This document shows positions 55,574 through 63,662 of a stretch of DNA of 64,000 nucleotides, one piece after another (the stretch's first letter is position 1; every line of letters starts with the position of its first letter). Below the pieces are notes generated by a model. It did no database searches, was not told where the DNA came from, and worked only from the letters and a program-made list of their open reading frames with translations. Origin of the DNA: Escherichia phage vB_EcoM_KAW3E185; sequence record MK373782.1. One strand, 5' to 3'. Position numbers and translations under genes: made by a program.

Positions 55574-55861
55574 CTAAAAGAAACTTTTTTCGGTATTTTT
55601 TCCACTGAACCAAACAGACTTCGGGATTTTTTGTAATTTTTCAGATTTAAGTTTCTCTTCCTGTTCTTTCTTATATACACCCTTGTCGTACTGGAGCACC
55701 TCTATGGCATTCTTTTGCAAACGATCTAAGGTAATTAAGGCTTTAGTTTTTCCTTTCAAGGAAGAGTCCTGGCGAACCTCCTCGCTATATTGCATTGTAG
55801 AACTAACCATACGATGAGCATACAGTTCTACTGCGGCTTTAATTTTTTGCATAAAATCCAT
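55574..55861 (-). CDS. hypothetical protein (95 aa)
   Basis: ORF on gene strand with AGAGGA Shine-Dalgarno. Confidence 0.45.
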   Translation of the reverse strand: MDFMQKIKAAVELYAHRMVSSTMQYSEEVRQDSSLKGKTKALITLDRLQKNAIEVLQYDKGVYKKEQEEKLKSEKLQKIPKSVWFSGKNTEKSFF

Positions 55862-55962
55862 AACATATCCTCTTTGATTTGTACATCATTATTTTTAAAT
55901 ATTTCTATGCCCTCAGTAGGTTCCTGGTGTCCTTCTTTGAGGTAAGCCATATGATTATTCAT
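55828..55962 (-). CDS. small hypothetical protein (about 44 aa), doubtful
   Basis: Track ORF 55828-56037 overlaps both neighbours; start chosen at an internal Met. Confidence 0.25.
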   Translation of the reverse strand: MNNHMAYLKEGHQEPTEGIEIFKNNDVQIKEDMLWILCKKLKPQ

Positions 55963-56000
55963 CTTTATAGCTTTTGTTACCTCAGAACTTCCTATAAAGC

Positions 56001-56468
56001 TTATTTCAGTAAAGTAACTTCCGAGATTTCTTCCCAACCATCTTTATCAGTTGAAATAAAATCTGCTACATAAAGAGCCGTACGTAATGATACATTGCGA
56101 AGACGAGATACGTTAGCCTTCATCCAGGACAATGCTTTATACGTTTCTGCATCAGTCAGACCACGTTTCTGCATCATGTCAGTAGATAATATTACATCTT
56201 CAACTCGAACCATAATCTCTTCATTAGAGTGTACTCCAAGGTCGAGATACACTGAACGAGATACTAAAGCTTGAAGGTGTGGAGCAAGTTTAGAACCGCG
56301 TTCTAACTCTTTATCGATATCAACGTTTGTAATGAAAACGATAGTACCTTCAAACTCAAATTCTTTATCAATACCCTTATCCTCGAGATAAGATGACGCA
56401 GTGCTCCAACAAACTTTGCGTTTATCGCCGGTATCTAATGCTGCTTTAAGAAGGTTCAAGATGTCCAT
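56001..56468 (-). CDS. AAA+-like ATPase C-terminal fragment (155 aa); gene possibly frameshifted
   Basis: Sensor-1-like TIVFITNVD and Arg-finger-like LVSRSVYL; in-frame upstream codons continue ...LLIDDVDVFSD (Walker B-like) with no start codon. Confidence 0.4.
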   Translation of the reverse strand: MDILNLLKAALDTGDKRKVCWSTASSYLEDKGIDKEFEFEGTIVFITNVDIDKELERGSKLAPHLQALVSRSVYLDLGVHSNEEIMVRVEDVILSTDMMQKRGLTDAETYKALSWMKANVSRLRNVSLRTALYVADFISTDKDGWEEISEVTLLK

Positions 56469-56694
56469 ATCTGAGAATACGTCAACGTCGTCGATTAAGA
56501 GAACGCTGTCTGCATCACGGTTGAGCCAAAGTTGTTCGTAAAGGCCAATACCGGAGATTTTACCATACTCGCTTCAATAAGATTCACTATGCCGTTTACC
56601 ATGTTATAGGTAAACATCGGATAATTGTATTGTACTACAACATAAGCGATAAGCAAAAGTTTCATTTTGTTCTCCGTTCGTTTTGATAGGACTA

Positions 56695-56723
56695 CTATAA
56701 TATAGTCCTACCAAGATGTAAAC
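56695..56723 (-). promoter_or_regulatory. early promoter (-35 GTTTAC) with GGACTA...TAGTCC near-palindrome
   Basis: Upstream of the 56-codon ORF starting about 56663; coordinates approximate. Confidence 0.35.
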
Positions 56724-56956
56724 TACCGATTGTGTTTTAAATGTTGATAAAGTTCTTCAACTTGTTTAGGGTCCAAAACAATTAAGTCATTTTCTTGACG
56801 AAGATAAATCCATCCCTTATCCCCAGGGCCATTTTTACAAAACATCACCACCATATCATCATCTTCAGCGCTTTCAGGTAAAAGTTCAAGTACACCGTCT
56901 TCAGATTTTCCAGTATAATCGTAAAGCATAATGTCCTCACATAATCTCGTTAACAT
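56723..56956 (-). CDS. hypothetical acidic protein (77 aa)
   Basis: ORF on gene strand. Confidence 0.45.
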   Translation of the reverse strand: MLTRLCEDIMLYDYTGKSEDGVLELLPESAEDDDMVVMFCKNGPGDKGWIYLRQENDLIVLDPKQVEELYQHLKHNR

Positions 56957-57116
56957 ACATTTGCAATTCGGTGTGGGCTTCGGCCATCTTTTTCATAGCT
57001 CTGTTAATGTCGATGTCTCCATCTTCGCAACCATGAGCATTTTCCCAATCGGATACCGCATTAGCGTACTCTTCAATCAAAAACATCAACTTAGAAATCT
57101 TTTCTTTACGTGACAT
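56937..57116 (-). CDS. small hypothetical protein (about 59 aa)
   Basis: Track ORF 56937-57185; start chosen at Met24 with GAGGAG Shine-Dalgarno below the promoter. Confidence 0.4.
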   Translation of the reverse strand: MSRKEKISKLMFLIEEYANAVSDWENAHGCEDGDIDINRAMKKMAEAHTELQMYVNEIM

Positions 57117-57143
57117 AACGTTCTCCTCTAGTAAGTAAGGTTT

Positions 57144-57172
57144 ACTATAACACAACCTGAGGAGAAGTAAAC
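57144..57172 (-). promoter_or_regulatory. early promoter (-35 GTTTAC, 17 nt, -10 TATAGT), cassette family B
   Basis: Minus strand reads GTTTACttctcctcaggttgtgtTATAGT; coordinates approximate. Confidence 0.45.
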
Positions 57173-57187
57173 TGATAGATGCCAAAA

Positions 57188-57211
57188 AGCCCCAACCTTT
57201 CGGAAGGGGCT
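57188..57211 (-). terminator. terminator hairpin (agcccc..ggggct stem, GAAA loop) + U5
   Basis: Stem-loop followed by UUUUU on minus transcript after ORF 57218-57520; coordinates approximate. Confidence 0.5.
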
Positions 57212-57217
57212 AGTAAA

Positions 57218-57520
57218 TTAGATAGATGTAGGCTCTAATTTTATTTTCATGAACTCGGCAAATTGTCTGGCAGTTTTTATGCCTTGTTCATGACATTCAA
57301 ATGCATCATCACAGGGACTATTTTTGTAATGCTTTGCCATATACTTATAGAATTTTTCAGAATTCTCGACATTTTGAATTTCAAACAAAGTATATACGTT
57401 TTTAATCCCTGATTCCATAAAGTTATCAAAATATGGGTCGATATGTGCAGTACCAACGATAGGAGTTGTTGCTGCAAAAAACCCCAGCATCGCTATGACA
57501 GCTATCGCTCTTAAGGCCAT
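57218..57520 (-). CDS. secreted/periplasmic protein with signal peptide (100 aa)
   Basis: N-terminal MALRAIAVIAMLGFFAATTPIVGTA signal-like sequence. Confidence 0.5.
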   Translation of the reverse strand: MALRAIAVIAMLGFFAATTPIVGTAHIDPYFDNFMESGIKNVYTLFEIQNVENSEKFYKYMAKHYKNSPCDDAFECHEQGIKTARQFAEFMKIKLEPTSI

Positions 57521-57532
57521 ATAGGCCTCCTG

Positions 57533-57745
57533 TTAATTTTGGCCAGTATTTATTTTTCGCCTTTGGACGGCCTTAACATCTGCGAGGTATTTTTCCAGCT
57601 TGCGCTTGCGTGTATAATCAGCTTTAGAACCAGTTTGACGGATATCCTCGTTTAAATGAGAAATAGAATGTCCTAATTCTCTTCGGATTTCATCCAATTG
57701 GGTTACAGTAAGATTACGAAGTTGTCTTTCGTTTAATTGCTGCAT
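57533..57745 (-). CDS. small basic protein (70 aa)
   Basis: ORF with late promoter upstream. Confidence 0.45.
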   Translation of the reverse strand: MQQLNERQLRNLTVTQLDEIRRELGHSISHLNEDIRQTGSKADYTRKRKLEKYLADVKAVQRRKINTGQN

Positions 57746-57769
57746 ATATACCTCTTGGTTAGATATTAG

Positions 57770-57777
57770 TATTTATA
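57770..57777 (-). promoter_or_regulatory. T4-type late promoter TATAAATA
   Basis: Exact TATAAATA on minus strand overlapping the tk stop, about 25 nt upstream of ORF 57533-57745. Confidence 0.5.
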
Positions 57778-58354
57778 ACAACCCTGTCAAATCATTCCAA
57801 TGCTTCCGGCATAATGACACGTATCTATCGGTATCACCAATTTCAATTTGACTGCCATCTGTAATTGGAAGTCCGTCTTCCGTGACTCTAGCTACCATTG
57901 TGGCCTTTTTACCACAATGACAGACACCTTTAAGTTCAACAAGCTTATCGGCAATAGCCATTAATGCTTGAGAACCTTCAAATAGATTACCTTTAAAATC
58001 TGTTCGTAGTCCATATGCCATTACCGGCACATTGTACACGTCAACAATACGACTAAGTTGATACACCTTTTCAGTAGTTAAGAACTGAGCTTCGTCAACA
58101 AATACGCAGTGAATATCCTTTTGTGCTGCAGCCCATTTATAAAATTCAAAGATATCCATGTCTTTTGTAATTATATTGGCGTCCTGACGAATACCAATAC
58201 GAGAGACTATTTCACCTTTTGAATCGCGAGTATCAATAGCCGGTTTAAGAACTAATACACCCATGCCACGTTCTTTATAGTTATGTGCGGCAGTAAGTAA
58301 TGAAGCAGACTTACCAGCGTTCATAGCGGCATAGGTAAAAATTAAACTAGCCAT
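57773..58354 (-). CDS. tk: thymidine kinase (193 aa)
   Basis: Walker A YAAMNAGKS, zinc ribbon CHCG...CRKH; matches T4 Tk as I recall it. Confidence 0.9.
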   Translation of the reverse strand: MASLIFTYAAMNAGKSASLLTAAHNYKERGMGVLVLKPAIDTRDSKGEIVSRIGIRQDANIITKDMDIFEFYKWAAAQKDIHCVFVDEAQFLTTEKVYQLSRIVDVYNVPVMAYGLRTDFKGNLFEGSQALMAIADKLVELKGVCHCGKKATMVARVTEDGLPITDGSQIEIGDTDRYVSLCRKHWNDLTGLL

Positions 58355-58363
58355 AAGAGTCCC

Positions 58364-58546
58364 TTATAGTGAATTCACGTAGTCAATGAGTTCTTGTTCT
58401 TTCCTGTCAAATGATTCCAACAATGCTTGATATTCTTCGTCCGTCAAAGGAGCATATTCATCATACGCATTGGTGGCTGCTTGCTCATCCAATAGGTCAT
58501 GGATAAGTTCGAACAGTTTAGCTTTCTCTTCTTTAGTTAATTTCAT
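58364..58546 (-). CDS. small acidic hypothetical protein (60 aa)
   Basis: ORF on gene strand. Confidence 0.4.
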   Translation of the reverse strand: MKLTKEEKAKLFELIHDLLDEQAATNAYDEYAPLTDEEYQALLESFDRKEQELIDYVNSL

Positions 58547-58770
58547 TTAGGTTCACCTTCTTTAACGAAATCTGGGTAAGGGTAAAATCCTGAGTAAAAC
58601 CCTTCACCTTTATGATTGCTACAACCTTTGTTCGAACAGTAACACCAATAATCAAAATCACAAGCCATTTCGTCATTGCATAAAGCAAAAACTACAGGCC
58701 ATTCGCATTTTTCGCATTTAGCACCTGTAAGAATTTTTGTTTGACTCATAGCCATGTCACCTTTAAGCAA
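58543..58770 (-). CDS. small Cys-rich protein (75 aa)
   Basis: CEKCEW...CSNKGCSNHKGEG. Confidence 0.45.
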   Translation of the reverse strand: MLKGDMAMSQTKILTGAKCEKCEWPVVFALCNDEMACDFDYWCYCSNKGCSNHKGEGFYSGFYPYPDFVKEGEPK

Positions 58771-58973
58771 TATTCTTCTACATGTTGTTTACGGCCTTTC
58801 TTATCAATAAAGGTATATTCAACGAATGTTCCGATGTAGTCTTTATCTACATCATGTGGACTATTAATTGGACATTTGGTACGGCAAATGCGTTCCCATT
58901 GACGAATAATTACTGCCTTATTCTTTGGGTCATATGGATGTGGATAATGTATATTCATAATAACGGTTCCCAA
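58746..58973 (-). CDS. hypothetical protein (75 aa)
   Basis: ORF on gene strand. Confidence 0.4.
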   Translation of the reverse strand: MGTVIMNIHYPHPYDPKNKAVIIRQWERICRTKCPINSPHDVDKDYIGTFVEYTFIDKKGRKQHVEEYCLKVTWL

Positions 58974-59452
58974 TCAACAATCACAATTTCTAGTTTAGTA
59001 GAATACGTATCTAAAATCTCTTCGATGACATCCCAGTTTCCACCACCAATACCTGCACCAATTCTTGGCATATAAATTACAGGCTTTATTATCTTATTCT
59101 TTCCGAATTCATTTAATTCTATTATACAATTCATTAAAGCAGAGTACTCAAAATTAGGTCCCGGCTCAAACTGTGTATAAAGATTAAAGCAATAAGCTTT
59201 ATGGGTCTTAAAATATTTTTCATAAACCGAATAAGTCCCGAGTTTAGACTCGTCTCCGAATTCGGTTTGAAGTTTATCGGCTTCCAGAATTTTTGGATAA
59301 GCCTTTGCTAATTGGCCTGCTACACCGGCGCCCATTGTATGAAAACAATTACACCCATGAGCAATATTATTACCTTTAGAAAACAGGGCGACAATATCGC
59401 CCTTGATATAGTTTTTAATCACTTGCTGCAAGTCCTCTATTATAAGAGTCAA
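58955..59452 (-). CDS. macro-domain protein (ADP-ribose binding/processing), 165 aa
   Basis: NIAHGCNCFHTMGAGVAGQL and IGAGIGGGNW glycine-rich motifs typical of macro domains. Confidence 0.55.
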   Translation of the reverse strand: MTLIIEDLQQVIKNYIKGDIVALFSKGNNIAHGCNCFHTMGAGVAGQLAKAYPKILEADKLQTEFGDESKLGTYSVYEKYFKTHKAYCFNLYTQFEPGPNFEYSALMNCIIELNEFGKNKIIKPVIYMPRIGAGIGGGNWDVIEEILDTYSTKLEIVIVDWEPLL

Positions 59453-59762
59453 CTAGACGGTCCACCATAGAATTGCATGCTGCCTTATCTTTAGGTTCCG
59501 CCACCGAGCATTCTAATATTTGCCATTTTTTATAGTATCTTTTAATTAAGGTAGACGCCTTGAACCTACTAGACGCCCCGTCTTTTTCTCCGTCTTTATA
59601 CGCATATAACAATTTTTGTGAAAAATCTACTTTACACTCTTGACTTTTACCACAGTAATCAGACGCCGTTCTGTTTGTATACTCCGTTACATCAGTATAT
59701 GTAGTATTAGCAAGAGCGTTAAATGAAACCAAGCCAACTATTAAAGCCAACATTTTGGTCAT
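59415..59762 (-). CDS. secreted Cys-containing protein with signal peptide (115 aa)
   Basis: N-terminal MTKMLALIVGLVSFNALA signal-like sequence. Confidence 0.45.
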   Translation of the reverse strand: MTKMLALIVGLVSFNALANTTYTDVTEYTNRTASDYCGKSQECKVDFSQKLLYAYKDGEKDGASSRFKASTLIKRYYKKWQILECSVAEPKDKAACNSMVDRLVDSYNRGLAASD

Positions 59763-60301
59763 TCTTTTATTTCCAGTAGTTTATTTGATTTAAGGTAATT
59801 AGCCTTTTCTAGGACTTCAGAAGCATATTTACTTCCGGCACTTGTCTTCCATCCCGCATTATATGAGGATATAGCTTTTCTTATATCCCCGTTATGTATA
59901 TTTAACCAATAAGAAAATTCGATATAAGCCCATCTGGCTGAATTAGACCGCTTAGATAGCATTTTCTTAATTTGGGCATCAGTCATATTATAACCAAGCT
60001 GGTTAATTCTTGCCCTCATTGTCGGTAGATAATTTTGGAACATTCCATACGCATGGTGACCTTTCTTATCTTTAAGATTAATACCGGCAGATGATTCCTG
60101 CCATAGTATTGCGGCCATTATGTATCCAAGTCCTTTCTTATGCATATTTTCATGCGTTTTAAATTTTCCATCCTTAGAAAACTGTTCCCCAAACTGATAA
60201 GCATAATTCAAGTTATCGAGTTGGACATTACTAAAAGTATGCTCGGAGCTATGTGCTGATAACGAAAGAGCAAATAGACCAGCGAGTAGTGCTTTTCTCA
60301 T
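59759..60301 (-). CDS. secreted lytic transglycosylase-like protein (SLT domain), 180 aa
   Basis: Signal peptide; WQESS, AYGMFQ and SYNAGW motifs typical of SLT/goose-lysozyme fold. Confidence 0.55.
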   Translation of the reverse strand: MRKALLAGLFALSLSAHSSEHTFSNVQLDNLNYAYQFGEQFSKDGKFKTHENMHKKGLGYIMAAILWQESSAGINLKDKKGHHAYGMFQNYLPTMRARINQLGYNMTDAQIKKMLSKRSNSARWAYIEFSYWLNIHNGDIRKAISSYNAGWKTSAGSKYASEVLEKANYLKSNKLLEIKE

Positions 60302-60309
60302 GTTTACCT

Positions 60310-60768
60310 CTAGATTTTAATCACTGCTTTAGAAGCTTTTCCTGGTAGTCGTTTACTGTTAATAATAGCCATTCTGCATTGAAGAGTCTTCATTTTGAAT
60401 GCTGGATTTTCGCGACAAACTGTAAGTCCTAACCAAAGATTTCCGTCAGTTATTTCTAAACGGCCTGGGCGATATTCGACACCTTCGACAAAATCTTCAT
60501 CAACATCTGGACGGGCCGGCATTGATAAAAATTCTGCAACTTCTTTAACATGATTTTTTACTTTATGAAATAATTCAAAAACGTAATTCTCATCTATTTC
60601 TCTCTGGATGGCACGATCTAAGAGATGTTGAGAATACTTGATATGAAAGCCTGGTAGTCCAAGAGACTTTGCAGCATCTTTTATACCGGCATTTATTTTG
60701 CGGAACTCCGTTTCAAAGATTCGACGGAGTTTATTACGGCGGATAAAAACGTCTGAATTGATAGTCAT
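60310..60768 (-). CDS. regB: RegB endoribonuclease (152 aa)
   Basis: MTINSDVFIRRNKLRR...YSQHLLDRAIQREIDE...GRLEITDGNLWLG matches T4 RegB as I recall it. Confidence 0.85.
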   Translation of the reverse strand: MTINSDVFIRRNKLRRIFETEFRKINAGIKDAAKSLGLPGFHIKYSQHLLDRAIQREIDENYVFELFHKVKNHVKEVAEFLSMPARPDVDEDFVEGVEYRPGRLEITDGNLWLGLTVCRENPAFKMKTLQCRMAIINSKRLPGKASKAVIKI

Positions 60769-60796
60769 TTTGATTTCTCCTCTAGTTGACAGGTCT

Positions 60797-60825
60797 ATAG
60801 TAACACAACTAGAGGAGAAGTAAAC
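60797..60825 (-). promoter_or_regulatory. early promoter (-35 GTTTAC, 17 nt, -10 TACTAT), cassette family B
   Basis: Minus strand reads GTTTACttctcctctagttgtgtTACTAT upstream of regB; coordinates approximate. Confidence 0.5.
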
Positions 60826-60829
60826 TACT

Positions 60830-61045
60830 TTATTGATAAAATGGAGTTAAAGCCCAAGATTCTTTAGATACCATATTGGCGAAATGCCTCATCTCTTCGA
60901 TTTGGCGTCGACGCTGGTCAGCATAGTCTTCTTCGCCTTCTTCCTTACAATCTTCAAGGTCTTCTTCAAGATACTTTAAGTATTCACTACAAATTTTGTT
61001 GACCTTTTCTTGAAAGTCCAATAACCCAGTAATAGTAGAAGCCAT
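60830..61045 (-). CDS. small acidic hypothetical protein (71 aa)
   Basis: ORF on gene strand. Confidence 0.4.
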   Translation of the reverse strand: MASTITGLLDFQEKVNKICSEYLKYLEEDLEDCKEEGEEDYADQRRRQIEEMRHFANMVSKESWALTPFYQ

Positions 61046-61311
61046 TAGTATTTTTCCTCAGGTCGAAATACTGCACGACACGCCCACATGCTGGCTTCTT
61101 TTAGATGTTGCTTAGCATACTTAAGAGCCTGCACTGCATCCATATCTTCTTTGGTTTGTTGCTCTGTTTCATTTTCTTTCAAGATATATGCTTCTTCAAT
61201 CAGAGCATCAAACAACAATCCAAGACGGACTTCTGCATCTTTAATAGCGTTCACTTTACCGATTTTATCATCGGTATGCGGCTTGTAGCCTTTGATGTCT
61301 TCAATCGACAT
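61045..61311 (-). CDS. hypothetical protein (about 88 aa)
   Basis: Track ORF 61045-61479; start chosen at Met57 with GAGGAAA Shine-Dalgarno. Confidence 0.4.
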   Translation of the reverse strand: MSIEDIKGYKPHTDDKIGKVNAIKDAEVRLGLLFDALIEEAYILKENETEQQTKEDMDAVQALKYAKQHLKEASMWACRAVFRPEEKY

Positions 61312-61525
61312 AAGGAATTTCCTCATCAGTGGCAAGGTCATATTCGACCAATTGGATAGGCTCATTAATACCATATCCACGTACAGTGATATCAGTTGTC
61401 GGATAGTTTCCGGTAATATCACCCATTCTAAATGCTTCAGTGAATGATTGCTCGCCTGAGCAACTAAACCAGGCGGCAAAACATTTTAAAACATCTTCAG
61501 ACCCTTCTATAATCAATTTAGCCAT
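61301..61525 (-). CDS. hypothetical protein (74 aa)
   Basis: ORF on gene strand; ATG overlaps the upstream stop. Confidence 0.45.
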   Translation of the reverse strand: MAKLIIEGSEDVLKCFAAWFSCSGEQSFTEAFRMGDITGNYPTTDITVRGYGINEPIQLVEYDLATDEEIPYVD

Positions 61526-61887
61526 TATAGACTCTCAGTAAAGGTGCGAGCGATAACGTCGCGCTGCTGTTCCGGAGTCAGGGAGTTAAAGCGAACTGCA
61601 TAACCAGATACACGGATGGTCAGCTGCGGATATTTTTCTGGATGCTTAACTGCATCTTCTAGAGTTTCACGACGCAGAACGTTAACGTTCAGATGTTGAC
61701 CACCTTCAATTTTAACTTTAGGGTAATGTTCAATTTCAATTTCACGGGCATGCAAACCGTAGAAAATTTCCGGGTCTACAATAGCGTCTTCTTTAAAAGT
61801 CTTAGAGACAATAATCCGGGCTTGAGTACCGTCTTCAAAATAAATAGTGCCTTTGTGTGTGCCTTCAAGAATTTGATATGCTTTCAT
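61525..61887 (-). CDS. GrcA/YfiD-like autonomous glycyl-radical cofactor protein (120 aa)
   Basis: C-terminal ...[59 protein letters not shown], i.e. the PFL-type glycyl radical motif RVSGYAV. Confidence 0.8.
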   Translation of the reverse strand: MKAYQILEGTHKGTIYFEDGTQARIIVSKTFKEDAIVDPEIFYGLHAREIEIEHYPKVKIEGGQHLNVNVLRRETLEDAVKHPEKYPQLTIRVSGYAVRFNSLTPEQQRDVIARTFTESL

Positions 61888-61893
61888 ATAACC

Positions 61894-62202
61894 TCAATTA
61901 GAAAATAAATTTATCCAAGTTTTTTCTTTAATCAAAAATGGGTCGGAATTAAACGCCATTAAACTTTGAGTGATTAATCCCTTAAATGGCCCGTCAATAA
62001 ATTCCATTTTGAAATGTGGAATACTAGTCATCAACCGTGCATTAGGAGCAGTACAAAGAACCTGCTGCCCTGCGAACGGGCCTTTAGTCAAACGGTATCG
62101 TTTAGGTTTAAAATGGTAAATCTCGTAATTTTCTACAAGGGCCCTTTTATTGCATACTGGGCTGTTATAACAATATTCAAAAACTTCAATAGTGGTCATC
62201 AT
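61894..62202 (-). CDS. hypothetical protein (102 aa)
   Basis: ORF on gene strand. Confidence 0.45.
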   Translation of the reverse strand: MMTTIEVFEYCYNSPVCNKRALVENYEIYHFKPKRYRLTKGPFAGQQVLCTAPNARLMTSIPHFKMEFIDGPFKGLITQSLMAFNSDPFLIKEKTWINLFSN

Positions 62203-62738
62203 TGCATTCCAATCACAAAAAATTGAGGACGAGCATTACCGCCGATGCAATATTTGCTTTTGCAACAGTGTTGGACTGTTTTAATATGTACATTGTAAAT
62301 CTTATCCATATCAGGAGCTTTAATAGGCTCGTCAATTATATACAGAATACGAGAAAGCGTTAATCCACGGAATTTAGAACCTTCATTGCCAATAAAACTA
62401 CGAACAGAATCAGTAAATAAACGGAATCGAATATCGTCGCTAGAATAACGAGAAAATTCTTTTTCAATGTTGCCAGCAGAAATTTTAGCATAAGCTGAAG
62501 TATTAGAAAGAACAATAACCGTTCCACCATCATACAGCCAATTAGCAGCAAAGTTAGTCACAGCAATTGATTTACCTGATTGTCGGCCGCCGTCTAAACG
62601 AAGTGTACAGTACTGCTTGAGTACGTCTTCAAATGGTGGGACATAACCGTTCTTACAAATTTCTTCTACTCTAGCATCAGAATGGTGTGTAAAAGCATTC
62701 ATCAGGGATAGATAAGGTCCAGTTAAAAATGTTCTCAT
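62199..62738 (-). CDS. P-loop NTPase-like protein (about 179 aa)
   Basis: Walker A GGRQSGKS and Walker B-like ILYIIDEP; start chosen at Met13. Confidence 0.45.
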   Translation of the reverse strand: MRTFLTGPYLSLMNAFTHHSDARVEEICKNGYVPPFEDVLKQYCTLRLDGGRQSGKSIAVTNFAANWLYDGGTVIVLSNTSAYAKISAGNIEKEFSRYSSDDIRFRLFTDSVRSFIGNEGSKFRGLTLSRILYIIDEPIKAPDMDKIYNVHIKTVQHCCKSKYCIGGNARPQFFVIGMQ

Positions 62739-62914
62739 ATTATTTCTCTTAAGGTTTGGGCCATTCCGTGGCACATGTTAGGTCCTTCGACTCGCTATGT
62801 AAACCCATTACCGCATTGCGCTCGACCTTATTACAGGTTGGAAAAGGTACATCACTCAGAGGACTCGACGTTCATAAGGAGAGGTTGCGTTTCCCTTTAT
62901 TAGACAGGAATTAT

Positions 62915-63175
62915 TTAAGCTTTACCACCAGAAACAATTCCAAAGTTATCAAAATCGTATTCAATATCATCAACATCCACTTTAGGTCCCGCTACGATGT
63001 ATGCGATTTCGCGGCGCTTTGCATAGGTATTGATTTCTTTACCGTCACCACCTAAGAAAGAATATCCATTACGTTTTAATGAGCCAAAGTCTTCAGCATC
63101 ACCTGCGAATGCTTTAACTTTAAATTTAGGGCCTTTAACGACTGCTTCTGTGATAAATTCTTGATACGTTTTCAT
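62915..63175 (-). CDS. internal (capsid-injected) protein with N-terminal capsid targeting sequence
   Basis: MKTYQEFITEA is the T4 internal-protein targeting/protease-site motif; start chosen at Met5. Confidence 0.6.
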   Translation of the reverse strand: MKTYQEFITEAVVKGPKFKVKAFAGDAEDFGSLKRNGYSFLGGDGKEINTYAKRREIAYIVAGPKVDVDDIEYDFDNFGIVSGGKA

Positions 63176-63190
63176 TTTTATGTCCATTAG

Positions 63191-63604
63191 TTAGTAAATT
63201 GATTTGCCATAATATTTGTACCAAGACGGCCGTTGAGCAATTTTTTCATCTAAGCGTGCTTGACTTATCGCAATGGACGCTTCGGACGGGTCATAATTAT
63301 TACGAAATTCGGCAGGGATGTCGGAAATATCCTGGACTGTCGTGTCCTTGATTTTGAAACCACGTTTCAAGCATTCAGCGATTAGCTCGATTTGACGTAA
63401 ACGTAAAAATTCGAGTTTGTCGTAAAAGAATGTTACGTGACCTGTGCCTAAGATAAATGTTGGAGAGATTTTAAAATCCTTTACACGTTTACCGTTTTGA
63501 ACATGTTTACGGACTGCACCAAATACGCGTGGTAATTCACGATACTCAGCCATAAGATGTTGGTCGGCCAGTTCAGAAACAAGTGTTAAATTGATACGAG
63601 TCAT
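63191..63604 (-). CDS. denV: endonuclease V (pyrimidine dimer DNA glycosylase) DenV
   Basis: [35 protein letters not shown] matches T4 DenV as I recall it; start chosen at Met5 with GGAGGA Shine-Dalgarno. Confidence 0.9.
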   Translation of the reverse strand: MTRINLTLVSELADQHLMAEYRELPRVFGAVRKHVQNGKRVKDFKISPTFILGTGHVTFFYDKLEFLRLRQIELIAECLKRGFKIKDTTVQDISDIPAEFRNNYDPSEASIAISQARLDEKIAQRPSWYKYYGKSIY

Positions 63605-63631
63605 AATTTCCTCCAAGTAGTTGATGAATGT

Positions 63632-63661
63632 ATAGTATCAAAGTCCTTGGAGGAAGTAAAC
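63632..63661 (-). promoter_or_regulatory. early promoter (-35 GTTTAC, 18 nt, -10 TACTAT) upstream of denV
   Basis: Hexamers on minus strand; coordinates approximate. Confidence 0.4.
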
Positions 63662-63662
63662 A

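Noticed and set aside
62775-62914. 140-bp intergenic stretch with higher GC (roughly 47% by hand count), possible structured RNA
   Set aside because: No ORF and no convincing stem-loops or known RNA motif found by eye; more likely promoter/5' UTR for the downstream P-loop gene. Worth an Rfam scan but not asserted.
62756-63055. 99-codon plus-strand ORF across that intergenic region
   Set aside because: Begins with a non-ATG codon, contains no internal Met, and overlaps the internal-protein gene on the other strand.
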